The position numbers and the translations under genes were made by a program. From a virus: a stretch of DNA of 64,000 nt. The notes under the pieces were generated by a model, which saw nothing but the letters and a program-made list of their open reading frames with translations, had not been told where the DNA came from and searched no databases. This document shows, in pieces, positions 38,901-45,859 of the stretch. The stretch is taken from the IMG/VR virus record IMGVR_UViG_3300007513_000010; one strand, written 5' to 3'. The stretch's first letter is position 1. Every line of letters begins with the position of its first letter.

Positions 38901-41660
38901 ATAGTTCGAAAATGGTTTGGAGCAAAGAGGTATGATAGTTTTTGGGGAAAAACATCAAGCAGGAGTTGGTTGTTTGGAAACCAACTAAGCCTTGAGGGGA
39001 TAACAGATTCAATATATCGTCGCCCCGGCCAACCGGATTTATCTCAAGAAGAATCCATTCGGAGGGCCAACGCACGCGCGGGACGTCCACCAACTTGGGA
39101 CGACCTTTATCGCACGTACTCTTATGCAAGAGATATTTCAGACGTCGAGCTGGTTCGCTCAATACATAAAAATTGGCAATGCCCTCATGAATGGCCAAAT
39201 GGTCCTAAATGTGGTTTATCGCCGTTTGTCGCAGATGGACGCTGGACAATAACGGAGCTACAATATATGAAGGAACTGTGGGGACAATCGCCGACGTCGT
39301 CGATTATTGACGCTTTTAGTATAACAGCAGATCGCTTGGACGGGGAGCTTTTTGAGTGGGAAGTTCTTAATAGATCGGAAATACAAGACATGTCAGCAGA
39401 AGAACTTCTTGCTCGTCACCCTAATAAAGCTTTGTTGTCTCTTATTCATGTGGGCCCACATGGGCAAGTACGACAAAGACTTAATGCTCATTGGAATCAA
39501 GGCCGCGGCTGGGGGAATCAACCTTACGAAGTGGAAGTGAGAAGAGGTACGACAACCCGGAAAGAAACTCGTTACACTCTAGAAGAAAGAGGAGAGCTTG
39601 GCTATTTCACAAGAAATATGATGCTTGGTGATGATATAGGAAGCATCAATTGGATGATAGACACTATACTTATGGATTCTGAACAGAACAACCCGTGGGT
39701 ATCTGATATGATTTGGTATTTGAAATCCTCTCGCACATCGCAGTACGAACTTTCATCCACTAGGGGAGTGGTTGCAACCGCCGGAACTGGAGGCCCTATG
39801 ACGGTTTTAGGTGTTCGGGGATATTTAAATTTTCTTGTAGCAGCAGAGCTGAAGAGCCTGGGGGTAATGATTGGAGAGGAGTGGGTTGGCGGCTCGACAA
39901 ATATCGGCACCGCCGCGTCTGATTCTGATTGGGCCATGGCCGAGCGCGCCCAAACTATACTAGAAGGGGAAAGTTCATATATTCGACAAGTGGGGGAACA
40001 AATAAATCCAAGATCAGCATTCAATAAGAACCAAAAGTATTTAAATTTGTATGCTAAATATCGTCGTTATTTTGGGCTGTCACTCGACCAGCACGTGCGA
40101 TACACTCACACTAGACACAATCTTATAAACAGGCTGGTAACTCGAAAGCCAAAAGTTCTTCTATATTCAATTGAGGTTTTTGCTAGGCAGCATGAGTTTG
40201 TCGAGGCTATTAACAACATTTTTTGGACCTTTTTAGAAAATGACTCAACAATGCTTGAAGAAATGGAAGAAACCAGAAGAGCGGTGATAGAAGAAGTCCT
40301 AAATAGAATGAGAATGCTGTTTAATAACACTGAAATAAAATTCGGAGTTAGATTGGTTCAAGTTGTAAAGAGTACCCTTACAGATAAAATAATGCGAGCC
40401 TATAGAGATGCAGATCCAAAATTAGTTTCTTTAATCCCGAAAGAAGAGAGGAGTTATTTTCTTAAGCCAAGATCACCAGAGGATGATCGAAGCAGCGGAG
40501 AATATAGTATGTTGACAAATAGTCCCAACGATTTTGTTTTTTGCAATCCGTTGATATCATTTGAAGAGGAATTTCCAGCAGATTGTGTGAATTACCACAA
40601 TGTTTATCGTAGATATGTAAACGAAGAAGGCAGGAAATATTTAAGATCAAAGCTTTTTGACACTCCAGAATTTAGAGCGTTGACTGAATTCATTTATCCA
40701 TTAGATAAATTTGCAACAATGACCAACATATTTTCAACACAAATTTTATCTTCTAGGGCGAGTACACAAGAGATTTTAGACACAACTAAGGTTACTTTAA
40801 TGGAAATCTTTAAGACAATGATAAACAGAAATGACTTTGGCCGTAAAGGACCGTTTGATCACCTTGGCGCCGCAGCACTGAGCAATTCAGAACTGTTTAA
40901 TCAATTTAACAAGTATGCTACGTCCGAAGGTCCAGATATGAAGTGTATTGAGTTTCCAGATATGGGTCAATTCTTAGAAGCGTTGATTGATCAAATTAAA
41001 AATATAATATATTACACTCCTTCTATTATTTTAAGAGGAATAGCTAGCGCGATCGATCCAATGTATATGGACATGAAACAGAAGCACAACACATGCGAGC
41101 CAGGATCTGAGCACGTTAAAAACCTCAAGTGGAGCGGCACCACGATGTACACTGAAAAGAAACACAAAAGCTTGGGAGAGGGCACAACAGGGTGTGACAG
41201 CAATAAATATGCCCCTGTGTTTCCTGGTTTTGCGATAGACATGATGACATCGATAGCAAGCCTGCTATCGTTTGATGGTCGCCCTCTCGGTCGAACGCTT
41301 GATAAGTTTGCCACATATTTATATGATGCAGATCTGCCATTTTTTAAGTTTGATTTTGAATTTGATATTCCATGCTTAATGGATGAGCCTTATGAAAAAG
41401 AATACGAAGCGCCGACTCTTGGCTCTCATGGTAGGTATGGGCACTTTCTATCTCCGATTACTGTCCTTGCGTTATCAACTCCAGAGCTTCCAACGGAGAA
41501 GAATACAAAGTGCGGACCCTCGTGTGATGATCCGCCGATTATTTCCACAAAAGAGGAAAGAGATGCAACTGAAGGGTGCCCAGAACTAGAATCGCCTGAT
41601 GATTCTGCGGCTATCTCCGCCCAGGCGGCCGCCGACGCTATCGGTCTTGGAGAAGACTAA
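29970..41660 (+). CDS. Giant 3896-aa putative virion/baseplate-associated protein
   Basis: Uninterrupted 11.7-kb ORF between the spike-like gene and gp25; possible degenerate peptidoglycan-binding domain at the N-terminus. Confidence 0.8.
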   Translation: MAIVKKSFRITRSYEAADGTPSEGAISFGPRTPGEQGKDILAAKIATGMVSPNPILQTGTPENETVEEGVWFDCESSTPIDLETGTQFDKKFEIYLMNFQLQHREEIVRFLIKDLVITWPDDSQILAEDIIFDSELGLLGDATLHVLHGWRSRHDQFTNEAFNLAKPELDIEPRDPEAEFSDLPDRSTGARQAGEAALIYASGRLTSQNPLNDRLDTGPASFNYKMIEPHPEGYKSPLSEAVAITLERSPPVMPNDDSLSEEERRNLVISATEPDPFIDPDPFVLTKDLHGFFYKTQYDFDNPPIFATPEDEAAAIRRLEERALKEVLDHFSKPHIWFANPENNFFKDVWDLHFTSNRPRHSGKHTELTNWCLGYGEINATLVKPDSYQNYRTIENTAAKPLIEFVDFRTPTSRPGDVYRAYFEIYKPKLDTIEMGLVISPEGDTTFKSAALKVREETQKFQESAATCAIDTEEAIARIAEHRSYAAKRKKEIARRMREQAATAQYRQRRQDSALSYGGREKASTNLNLGPLGSYDFSTDNLTGQPGDNGFPRRYTTTGVNYDPSSRTLTIPQNRLKNIVNDAAAMLKKSAKDMSGVLTNPSINVSQEATLLKQVLPALDNLLKSSKDYQKLVEKEGFSYDPLGVNDPPNNKPQHGIDSKLARIDLQIKFEPVFKNQAEAEQGMGDAYQQELGLKIKSIRATTSGKSTILTPLNPPLTKKFNISPLNRPRTMNYFAQVGELAKGGGGIPLLGGSGCGLLAPSGREIVFKFTSPKLQEIGTGDEEASASFLEDSWNSARSGVQEWWNTSQKNLNSNNFGMTPDYNIADIMPSFGDLCEFEDLWDQFVSKFSLLDLICDYVRCMKLPNVNISLDIDFRLPPIPKLPTIDFMNFLRLLLTEMLIEMLKRMLCSIISAILDALKMDPCPGELEEDLFGNLDFDSLVQGAGENPIEGLNDLPTNARIGVKALSEALADTGLPPDRLEDAKSIIDDIFKILTPREICKLLKGESSKRVLTAIKNLIESLHDPFFAEHFSVEENIIYFFESVGVFISPDLCEELEKVDTVLGEITCSEMNDAISTLRRNLENRGKLAEDEIQKLLDIAQDNLDKRAAALGALMSGDSLASVVPDLFNPGSDDALLSALPDSFKNTLETASKAIFETAKMAYINDLAKFTPALYNNKQYLPQPGDPDYNAHGRMELEKTTEILRIFEQQLGGLSLDDERRHTVPKHVHGTASGGWDGFRYNNYISSGDGSIAINLEKFEINYALHEAENINNLPVINLFTMRESLYVDFVVDYYDPKDGKVYIEDNEQSPRIPFYRRQEILKPVDPENPNGGKIKVLSLVRANKFEKNTSQLWLKNFAADLSRAVREPLYGPQMNPGSVYHYGPKNPKSIINNYRDLAYYCYKFYRKATDGGKKHKDENESRRGHSDDEALWKGEHPVDPESNDHAHMSILRLSLIEDIGKRLEALSGKISDVMQQGTLRVTNNTELLPEIKPYFDKITETIKNRRTQDVEENLRDGIFGEPQLTPELEEIPVGIEAVDASLDDQGRPLVSLVFEPSTYIRTFDGRERYKRFALDNPPSIEFIENPWSLSSDTYSYTVNINDPYLIKKKIEFEECLIVPDELKVFVPNNDSKFIRRDSYAKLFLKDYQTVLDRYKIRIDRNMNQKLLADDSKIKNELIKESIYRSTLESMFEFVLFRLSNSNLFDESYVNLLEKRITGTKYYDPRTDCIQNPTGLSEGNILKFGDLISDMITEVQNEYAKPENYPQNMDFSQPGPVEKAFQNVIVRAIIKIFHIEFMLRGALTNSTYSPSYYKDNRLLDKYFEEFVLSQLANKRAFGGATSNAEETMNEFYKVLIRVSGVSQTSYSESNRKLALRSLIQKEKEKIPNLSNHLYQTSTTKDYVETFVKQLPILDVKSYIQYTEPHHGGVNDALNIKMYQRGNSDADIFFIQDIPQDMTINGGFYLEHYLRLNQKPGAAESLTNFRVETGEILREKIFQNLRDFAETQSFASPPDSPDDLEINVDEMRANIELHANDDEFRETEVISGRELQTLLSDYVEAKLFSDEAETELERELREEFTSTLNVLRRDECGIVDFDFNYSESSEDIRRRRNDLVDHPRVVRRLPSRLIKRNRTHFKISDFLWGKTEPDRESFVRASDGNLNEKYIKDLFKGSVNFDSRASEETRYYAIPMDACYHYERTRFWELNHDDPEVTGEMLDFYNLNMTNIDSDVNPEELRGENYHYTNFGGPQYKIEEIDAPRDAYKKLQSEPGQPLVADGPAPVMFGPLDSGDSDDLPSSGVKRGVVHHPHVTSVGVIYDTLDTPYHPFDPAAPWFSETKQASDQIEPAYSNHFGLLEKEEFQYVVDMFKENTTCTNTDTQEVEFEDWDEIVIDLYGESSVPYHIPGESFHLTDELPILTWREVEYHDFLLPYWNTTNSNTRSPNYTKVNYLSTVPQTIGEMSIPDTEKFINRLSAFDISNLGVGNVEYENTGQQLNQYGAYASPFRFSGNTGGWKQGIPEIIATEHMPVLGNLTATGLDVDTDGNYTTNKMKPILGSSRTIRRNSNVISAPDSWAKYEEDPHINGGHYNREIWRPLYWDAIRVSRPFGHTPMSYESKIVDKVTRIWRVSSDEATQNYPNTNLDPVYKIEFNERVYGPNTYYIPIRLLLTQVVRRGGPGHQLAHYRDHSSRGDTFARVLIPELLKPHDFPNPSLDPPPVNDFRKDLLQEAMNNIYKEYLDILITVRNDSRHNLHHQANLGFSPPNQILEEGDANFGDNETSDQARWNHNSQTRAYISNLPTFAKSAYNNDFNAGLTQAAATSKSINFPAFFSVSKLYSRACELEAEKQIGTFTSDSSKIDEQFLNNPGLLLKDWVDFNTLNMPIRDFTPKTPIRLALDGVSKDQDSLSIGGRVYHNCGFGFRFPFFSKIESEDIDTYDKDLLAYNRQFKSGMPKNLDQLIDDSIKPTFGDDMVATIDTIVRKWFGAKRYDSFWGKTSSRSWLFGNQLSLEGITDSIYRRPGQPDLSQEESIRRANARAGRPPTWDDLYRTYSYARDISDVELVRSIHKNWQCPHEWPNGPKCGLSPFVADGRWTITELQYMKELWGQSPTSSIIDAFSITADRLDGELFEWEVLNRSEIQDMSAEELLARHPNKALLSLIHVGPHGQVRQRLNAHWNQGRGWGNQPYEVEVRRGTTTRKETRYTLEERGELGYFTRNMMLGDDIGSINWMIDTILMDSEQNNPWVSDMIWYLKSSRTSQYELSSTRGVVATAGTGGPMTVLGVRGYLNFLVAAELKSLGVMIGEEWVGGSTNIGTAASDSDWAMAERAQTILEGESSYIRQVGEQINPRSAFNKNQKYLNLYAKYRRYFGLSLDQHVRYTHTRHNLINRLVTRKPKVLLYSIEVFARQHEFVEAINNIFWTFLENDSTMLEEMEETRRAVIEEVLNRMRMLFNNTEIKFGVRLVQVVKSTLTDKIMRAYRDADPKLVSLIPKEERSYFLKPRSPEDDRSSGEYSMLTNSPNDFVFCNPLISFEEEFPADCVNYHNVYRRYVNEEGRKYLRSKLFDTPEFRALTEFIYPLDKFATMTNIFSTQILSSRASTQEILDTTKVTLMEIFKTMINRNDFGRKGPFDHLGAAALSNSELFNQFNKYATSEGPDMKCIEFPDMGQFLEALIDQIKNIIYYTPSIILRGIASAIDPMYMDMKQKHNTCEPGSEHVKNLKWSGTTMYTEKKHKSLGEGTTGCDSNKYAPVFPGFAIDMMTSIASLLSFDGRPLGRTLDKFATYLYDADLPFFKFDFEFDIPCLMDEPYEKEYEAPTLGSHGRYGHFLSPITVLALSTPELPTEKNTKCGPSCDDPPIISTKEERDATEGCPELESPDDSAAISAQAAADAIGLGED

Positions 41661-41693
41661 ACTATATTATCGAGATAGATTCGGGAATATACA

Positions 41694-41700
41694 CTATTTA
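41694..41700 (+). promoter_or_regulatory. Putative late promoter motif CTATTTA
   Basis: Intergenic, followed by AGGAGG and ATG 41718. Confidence 0.65.
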
Positions 41701-41717
41701 AAGTAGGAGGCCGCTGT

Positions 41718-42143
41718 ATGTCCGGATATTCACCATCACTACCCTTATCTATGGGAAGCAGTGATGACACATATCAGTATTTAGATGAAATTACAGATCT
41801 TATTAGGCAAAACGTAAAAACGATTCTTCTTACGTGTCCTGGCGAGAGGATCTGGATGCCAACATTTGGTGTTGGTTTGAGAAATTTTTTATTTGAATTT
41901 CCAACAGAGGAGTTGAAAGAAGCAATAACAGATAAAATAAAGTCTCAATTTAAGCGATACATGCCGTTTTTAGACATCAATGCTATTATTTTAACCTCTG
42001 GCGGCCAAACAGAAGAAGTGTTAAAAATAAAAATCGAATATTTGATAAAGCCGCTTTCCGTATTCGAAATATTACAACTAGAATATAACGCTCTAGAGAA
42101 GAGTGTCATAATAGTAGATAACCTAGCAAACAGAAGGGGGTAA
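41718..42143 (+). CDS. Baseplate wedge subunit, gp25/GPW family
   Basis: IRQNVKTILLTCPGERIWMPTFGVGLRNFLFE. Confidence 0.93.
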   Translation: MSGYSPSLPLSMGSSDDTYQYLDEITDLIRQNVKTILLTCPGERIWMPTFGVGLRNFLFEFPTEELKEAITDKIKSQFKRYMPFLDINAIILTSGGQTEEVLKIKIEYLIKPLSVFEILQLEYNALEKSVIIVDNLANRRG

Positions 42144-42156
42144 TTGAAAAAAGAAA

Positions 42157-43968
42157 ATGTCAAAGAATAAAGTAATCCCAGTAGACTATACAAGTAGAGA
42201 TTTCAATTCAATAAAGAGGGATCTTTTAACTTATGCAAAAAGATATTACCCAGATACTTATCAAGATTTTAACGAAGCCTCTTTTGGTTCTCTTATGTTG
42301 GACACCGTTGCGTACGTTGGGGACATGTTATCTTTTTATTTAGATTATAATGCAAACGAATCTTTTCTCGAAACAGCACTAGAATACGACAACGTTATCG
42401 GTCTTGCAAACGAGATGGGGTTTAAATATAGCGAGACAATACAATCATATTCAAATGCAACATTCAGCATGCTTATTCCCTCAAAGGCATCAGACAATGA
42501 GCCGGATTTGTCTTATGTTGGCAAGCTCCGAGCAGGAACCACTTGCAAGACACAGGGGGGCAATGTCTTTACTTTGACCGAGGATATAGACTTTTTAAAT
42601 GAAAATACTGATGTTGTCGGAGCGATTCTTTCAGCGGACAAGACGAGAACAGACTGGTATGTGCTGCAAACTACTGGCAAAGTCGTTTCGGGAAGAGAAT
42701 ACGAAACAAATATAGAATTTGGAGATTTTAAAAGATTTCAAAAAGCGGAACTTCCAGGGGAGAATATTGGAGAAATAATAGAAGTTGTGACGTCTGAAGG
42801 ACATCAATATCAAGAAGTTGACTTTTTGAGTCAAAATACTGTTTTCAAAGCAGTGAAGAATACTGGAAAATATAGCAACTCAGTGCCAAATTTGTTAAAG
42901 GCTTTCCCCGTCCCCCGACGCTTTATTATTGAGCGAGAACGTGGCAAGAGCTTTTTGGTGTTTGGTTATGGATCAGAAGAGGACATAAAAAAGAACAATA
43001 TCGCAGAACCCTCAGAAGTGGCAATAAATCTGCATGGCCGGCCCCACGAACCGGGAATGTCTTTTGATCCAAGCAAACTAGTTTCAACAGAAAAATTTGG
43101 AATCGCGCCGTCGAACACCACTCTCAATATAAAATATAGAGTCAATAGTTTTAAAAATGTTAATGCCGCAGCCGGAACACTCAATAAGGTCATCGATGCA
43201 AAAACTTATTTTTCAAACGAGGCCTCTCTAGACGAAGGGAAAGTTTCTTATATAAAAGATAATATATCAGTTATCAACAATGAACCAATAAACGGACACA
43301 CTTCAACATTAACGACAGAAGAGATCAAAAGAAAAGCAAAAGACATGTATGCCATGCAAGGAAGGGCGGTAACAAAACAAGATTATGTTACGGCAGTATA
43401 CGCGATGCCCTCAAAATTTGGATCAATAAAGAGAGTATCGATACAGAGAGATACAGATGATCTTAGAAGAAACATAAATATGTATGTTGTTTCCGAGTCA
43501 GCAAGCGGTACGCTTGAAAAGACAAACTCAGCAATAAAAGAAAATTTAAGAACTTGGCTAAACAAGGTGAGAATGATTTCGGATACTGTTGATATTTTAG
43601 ATGCAACGGTTATTAATCTAGGCATAGAATTTGAACTACTTTTCGAAGAGGAGAAGAATCGATTTGATGTTATGAATGCAGCCGTGGCAGAAATAGAAGA
43701 AGCGCTCACAACAATCTATCCAGAAATTGGAGAACCTTTTTACATAACAGATGTGTTTAAGGCACTAAAAGATGTCCCAGGCGTTCTAGATGTGTCAGAT
43801 GTCAGGATATACAATAAAAGCAAAGGAGTGTACTCGGATTTTGAGTACTCTATAGAAGACAATATATCACTAGACGGAAGAAGGGTAGAGATTCCTGGGC
43901 ACTGTATATGGGAAATAAAGAACCCAACTTCTGATATAAGAGGCACATCACGCGAGGGAAGAAGCTAA
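42157..43968 (+). CDS. Baseplate wedge subunit, T4 gp6/baseplate-J-like
   Basis: YTSRDFNSIK, DFNEASFG, YVGDMLSFYLD, ESFLETA, and RAVTKQDY. Confidence 0.9.
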   Translation: MSKNKVIPVDYTSRDFNSIKRDLLTYAKRYYPDTYQDFNEASFGSLMLDTVAYVGDMLSFYLDYNANESFLETALEYDNVIGLANEMGFKYSETIQSYSNATFSMLIPSKASDNEPDLSYVGKLRAGTTCKTQGGNVFTLTEDIDFLNENTDVVGAILSADKTRTDWYVLQTTGKVVSGREYETNIEFGDFKRFQKAELPGENIGEIIEVVTSEGHQYQEVDFLSQNTVFKAVKNTGKYSNSVPNLLKAFPVPRRFIIERERGKSFLVFGYGSEEDIKKNNIAEPSEVAINLHGRPHEPGMSFDPSKLVSTEKFGIAPSNTTLNIKYRVNSFKNVNAAAGTLNKVIDAKTYFSNEASLDEGKVSYIKDNISVINNEPINGHTSTLTTEEIKRKAKDMYAMQGRAVTKQDYVTAVYAMPSKFGSIKRVSIQRDTDDLRRNINMYVVSESASGTLEKTNSAIKENLRTWLNKVRMISDTVDILDATVINLGIEFELLFEEEKNRFDVMNAAVAEIEEALTTIYPEIGEPFYITDVFKALKDVPGVLDVSDVRIYNKSKGVYSDFEYSIEDNISLDGRRVEIPGHCIWEIKNPTSDIRGTSREGRS

Positions 43969-43969
43969 A

Positions 43970-45859
43970 ATGTCTGTAAAAAAATATATTGCATCCAAGG
44001 ACAACACCATATCGAATCTTTTTTTAGAAAACTTATCAGACCGCGGTTCCTCTGGCAATACGGGCCAGTCTGATATTTTAGAAATGTTTTCTATCTATGC
44101 CCAAGCCAGTACGGGCTCTTTAGAGAAGTCTAGAATTTTAATAGATTTTCCGATTAGTGAAATTTTAAAAGATAGAGCAAACAAAGAGATTCCTGCTTCT
44201 GGGAGCGTTAACTTTGTTTTAAGATTATTTAATGCTCCCCATGGCCAGTCAACACCTAGCGATTATTACGTTGAAGCTAGTCCTCTATTATCTTCGTGGG
44301 ACGAGGGGTACGGACTAGACATGGAGACTTATCTAGACAAAGGGGCAAGTAATTGGATTTCTTCCTCGAAGGATACCCCTTGGCCACACCCGGGTTCAAG
44401 TTATTTTAAGCAAGACTTTAATGTTGCGAAAAACTTTACTTATGCGCAGTATTTAGAAAACGGTTTAGAAAATATAGAAATAGATATAACGCCAGCAGTT
44501 GAAGAGTGGCTGAAGGTTTCAGAAAGCCCATCGGCACTAGTTGTTTCAAAAACAAATTTAAAATTTAATGACATTCCAGCAGTAAGTAGCAGCGTTAGGC
44601 TTACAGATGCCTTCGGCACTTCTAAAATATTTTATTTCAAAAACAACGATCAACCACAAGTGACGGGAGACACTTCCGGAAGTTATAATATAGTTCTAAG
44701 GGGTGCAAACGTTTCTGGAACAATAGACAACTTTGTAACCGCACTACAAGATCCAAATAGCGGATTTTTGACATCCAGCAATCAGGGCTTTGTTTTTGAC
44801 AAGTCTCAGCCATGGCTATCGCTGACTCAGTCTTTATCTGGTGCTTCTGGAAATACTTTTGTAAACCTGGAAGGCGTAACAAACATAGCAGCTTCCAGTT
44901 TTTCTTCCGGCGCTGGTCTGTCGAATTCTGGTATGGTACTTTTTCTTTCTGGAGCATACGAAGATGGCTCTCTGGAAAAATCGTTTTATACTAAAAAACT
45001 CTTTGCCCGCGGCAGCCATCACTTTTTTAAGAGGCCTTCAATTGAGGCCCGGTGGGACGATAGCAAAACAGACGATCGCTCTTCTTCTTACGTGTCTAGC
45101 AGTATGGTGCCTCCTGTGGAAAATGTATATAAGATATATTTCTATAATAGATTTCGGGGAAACCTATATGATTTGCCAAATCCGACACCTCCGCATGCTG
45201 GAATCATCAATCCGACCACCCAGCTTTCCTGTAGCCTTTATCAATCTTTAGGAGGTCCAAAGATAGTTCTTCATGATGGAAAGACTCACGTCTCTGCCTC
45301 AAACCCATCAGTAGGGGTCTACAGTGTGGAATTTTGTGTAACAGGTTCGGGAACTTTTTATGATGTTTGGTCAAACAGGGAAGACAAGGGAACCGCAAAT
45401 GCTGGAGACGACATATACACGGAATATCACACGGGGTCTGCAATAGTGGTGAAGACCAACTCTCCAGAAGACTACTATGAAGAGTTAAGGCATGTTGTAA
45501 AGATTGTAAATTTGCAAGATTCATATAAAAACAATGAAAAGGTAACTTTGAGGGCCCACGTAAGAGAAAAGAATTGGAAGCCAAACATTTACACAAAGGC
45601 GACAAACAAAATACAGACAAGCAACATTAGAGAGGCCTATTATCAAGTAAAGCGAATTTCGGATAATTTAATTGTTCTCCCGTTTTCTACGGGGTCAGTA
45701 AGATATACGGCACTTTCTTATGACACCAGTGGAAGTTATTTTGATCTAGATTTATCTTTGCTCGAGCCTAATTATTCATATGAAATAGGGTTTTTGTTCA
45801 AACTAAACAACACCTACAAGGAACAAAAAGACAAATTTAAATTTAGAGTTGAAGTATGA
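43970..45859 (+). CDS. Virion structural protein with DNRLRE-like N-terminal domain and inserted module
   Basis: SRILIDF, WDEG.G, DITPAVEEW...NSGMVL; rich in TGS/SGS/SSS. Confidence 0.7.
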   Translation: MSVKKYIASKDNTISNLFLENLSDRGSSGNTGQSDILEMFSIYAQASTGSLEKSRILIDFPISEILKDRANKEIPASGSVNFVLRLFNAPHGQSTPSDYYVEASPLLSSWDEGYGLDMETYLDKGASNWISSSKDTPWPHPGSSYFKQDFNVAKNFTYAQYLENGLENIEIDITPAVEEWLKVSESPSALVVSKTNLKFNDIPAVSSSVRLTDAFGTSKIFYFKNNDQPQVTGDTSGSYNIVLRGANVSGTIDNFVTALQDPNSGFLTSSNQGFVFDKSQPWLSLTQSLSGASGNTFVNLEGVTNIAASSFSSGAGLSNSGMVLFLSGAYEDGSLEKSFYTKKLFARGSHHFFKRPSIEARWDDSKTDDRSSSYVSSSMVPPVENVYKIYFYNRFRGNLYDLPNPTPPHAGIINPTTQLSCSLYQSLGGPKIVLHDGKTHVSASNPSVGVYSVEFCVTGSGTFYDVWSNREDKGTANAGDDIYTEYHTGSAIVVKTNSPEDYYEELRHVVKIVNLQDSYKNNEKVTLRAHVREKNWKPNIYTKATNKIQTSNIREAYYQVKRISDNLIVLPFSTGSVRYTALSYDTSGSYFDLDLSLLEPNYSYEIGFLFKLNNTYKEQKDKFKFRVEV

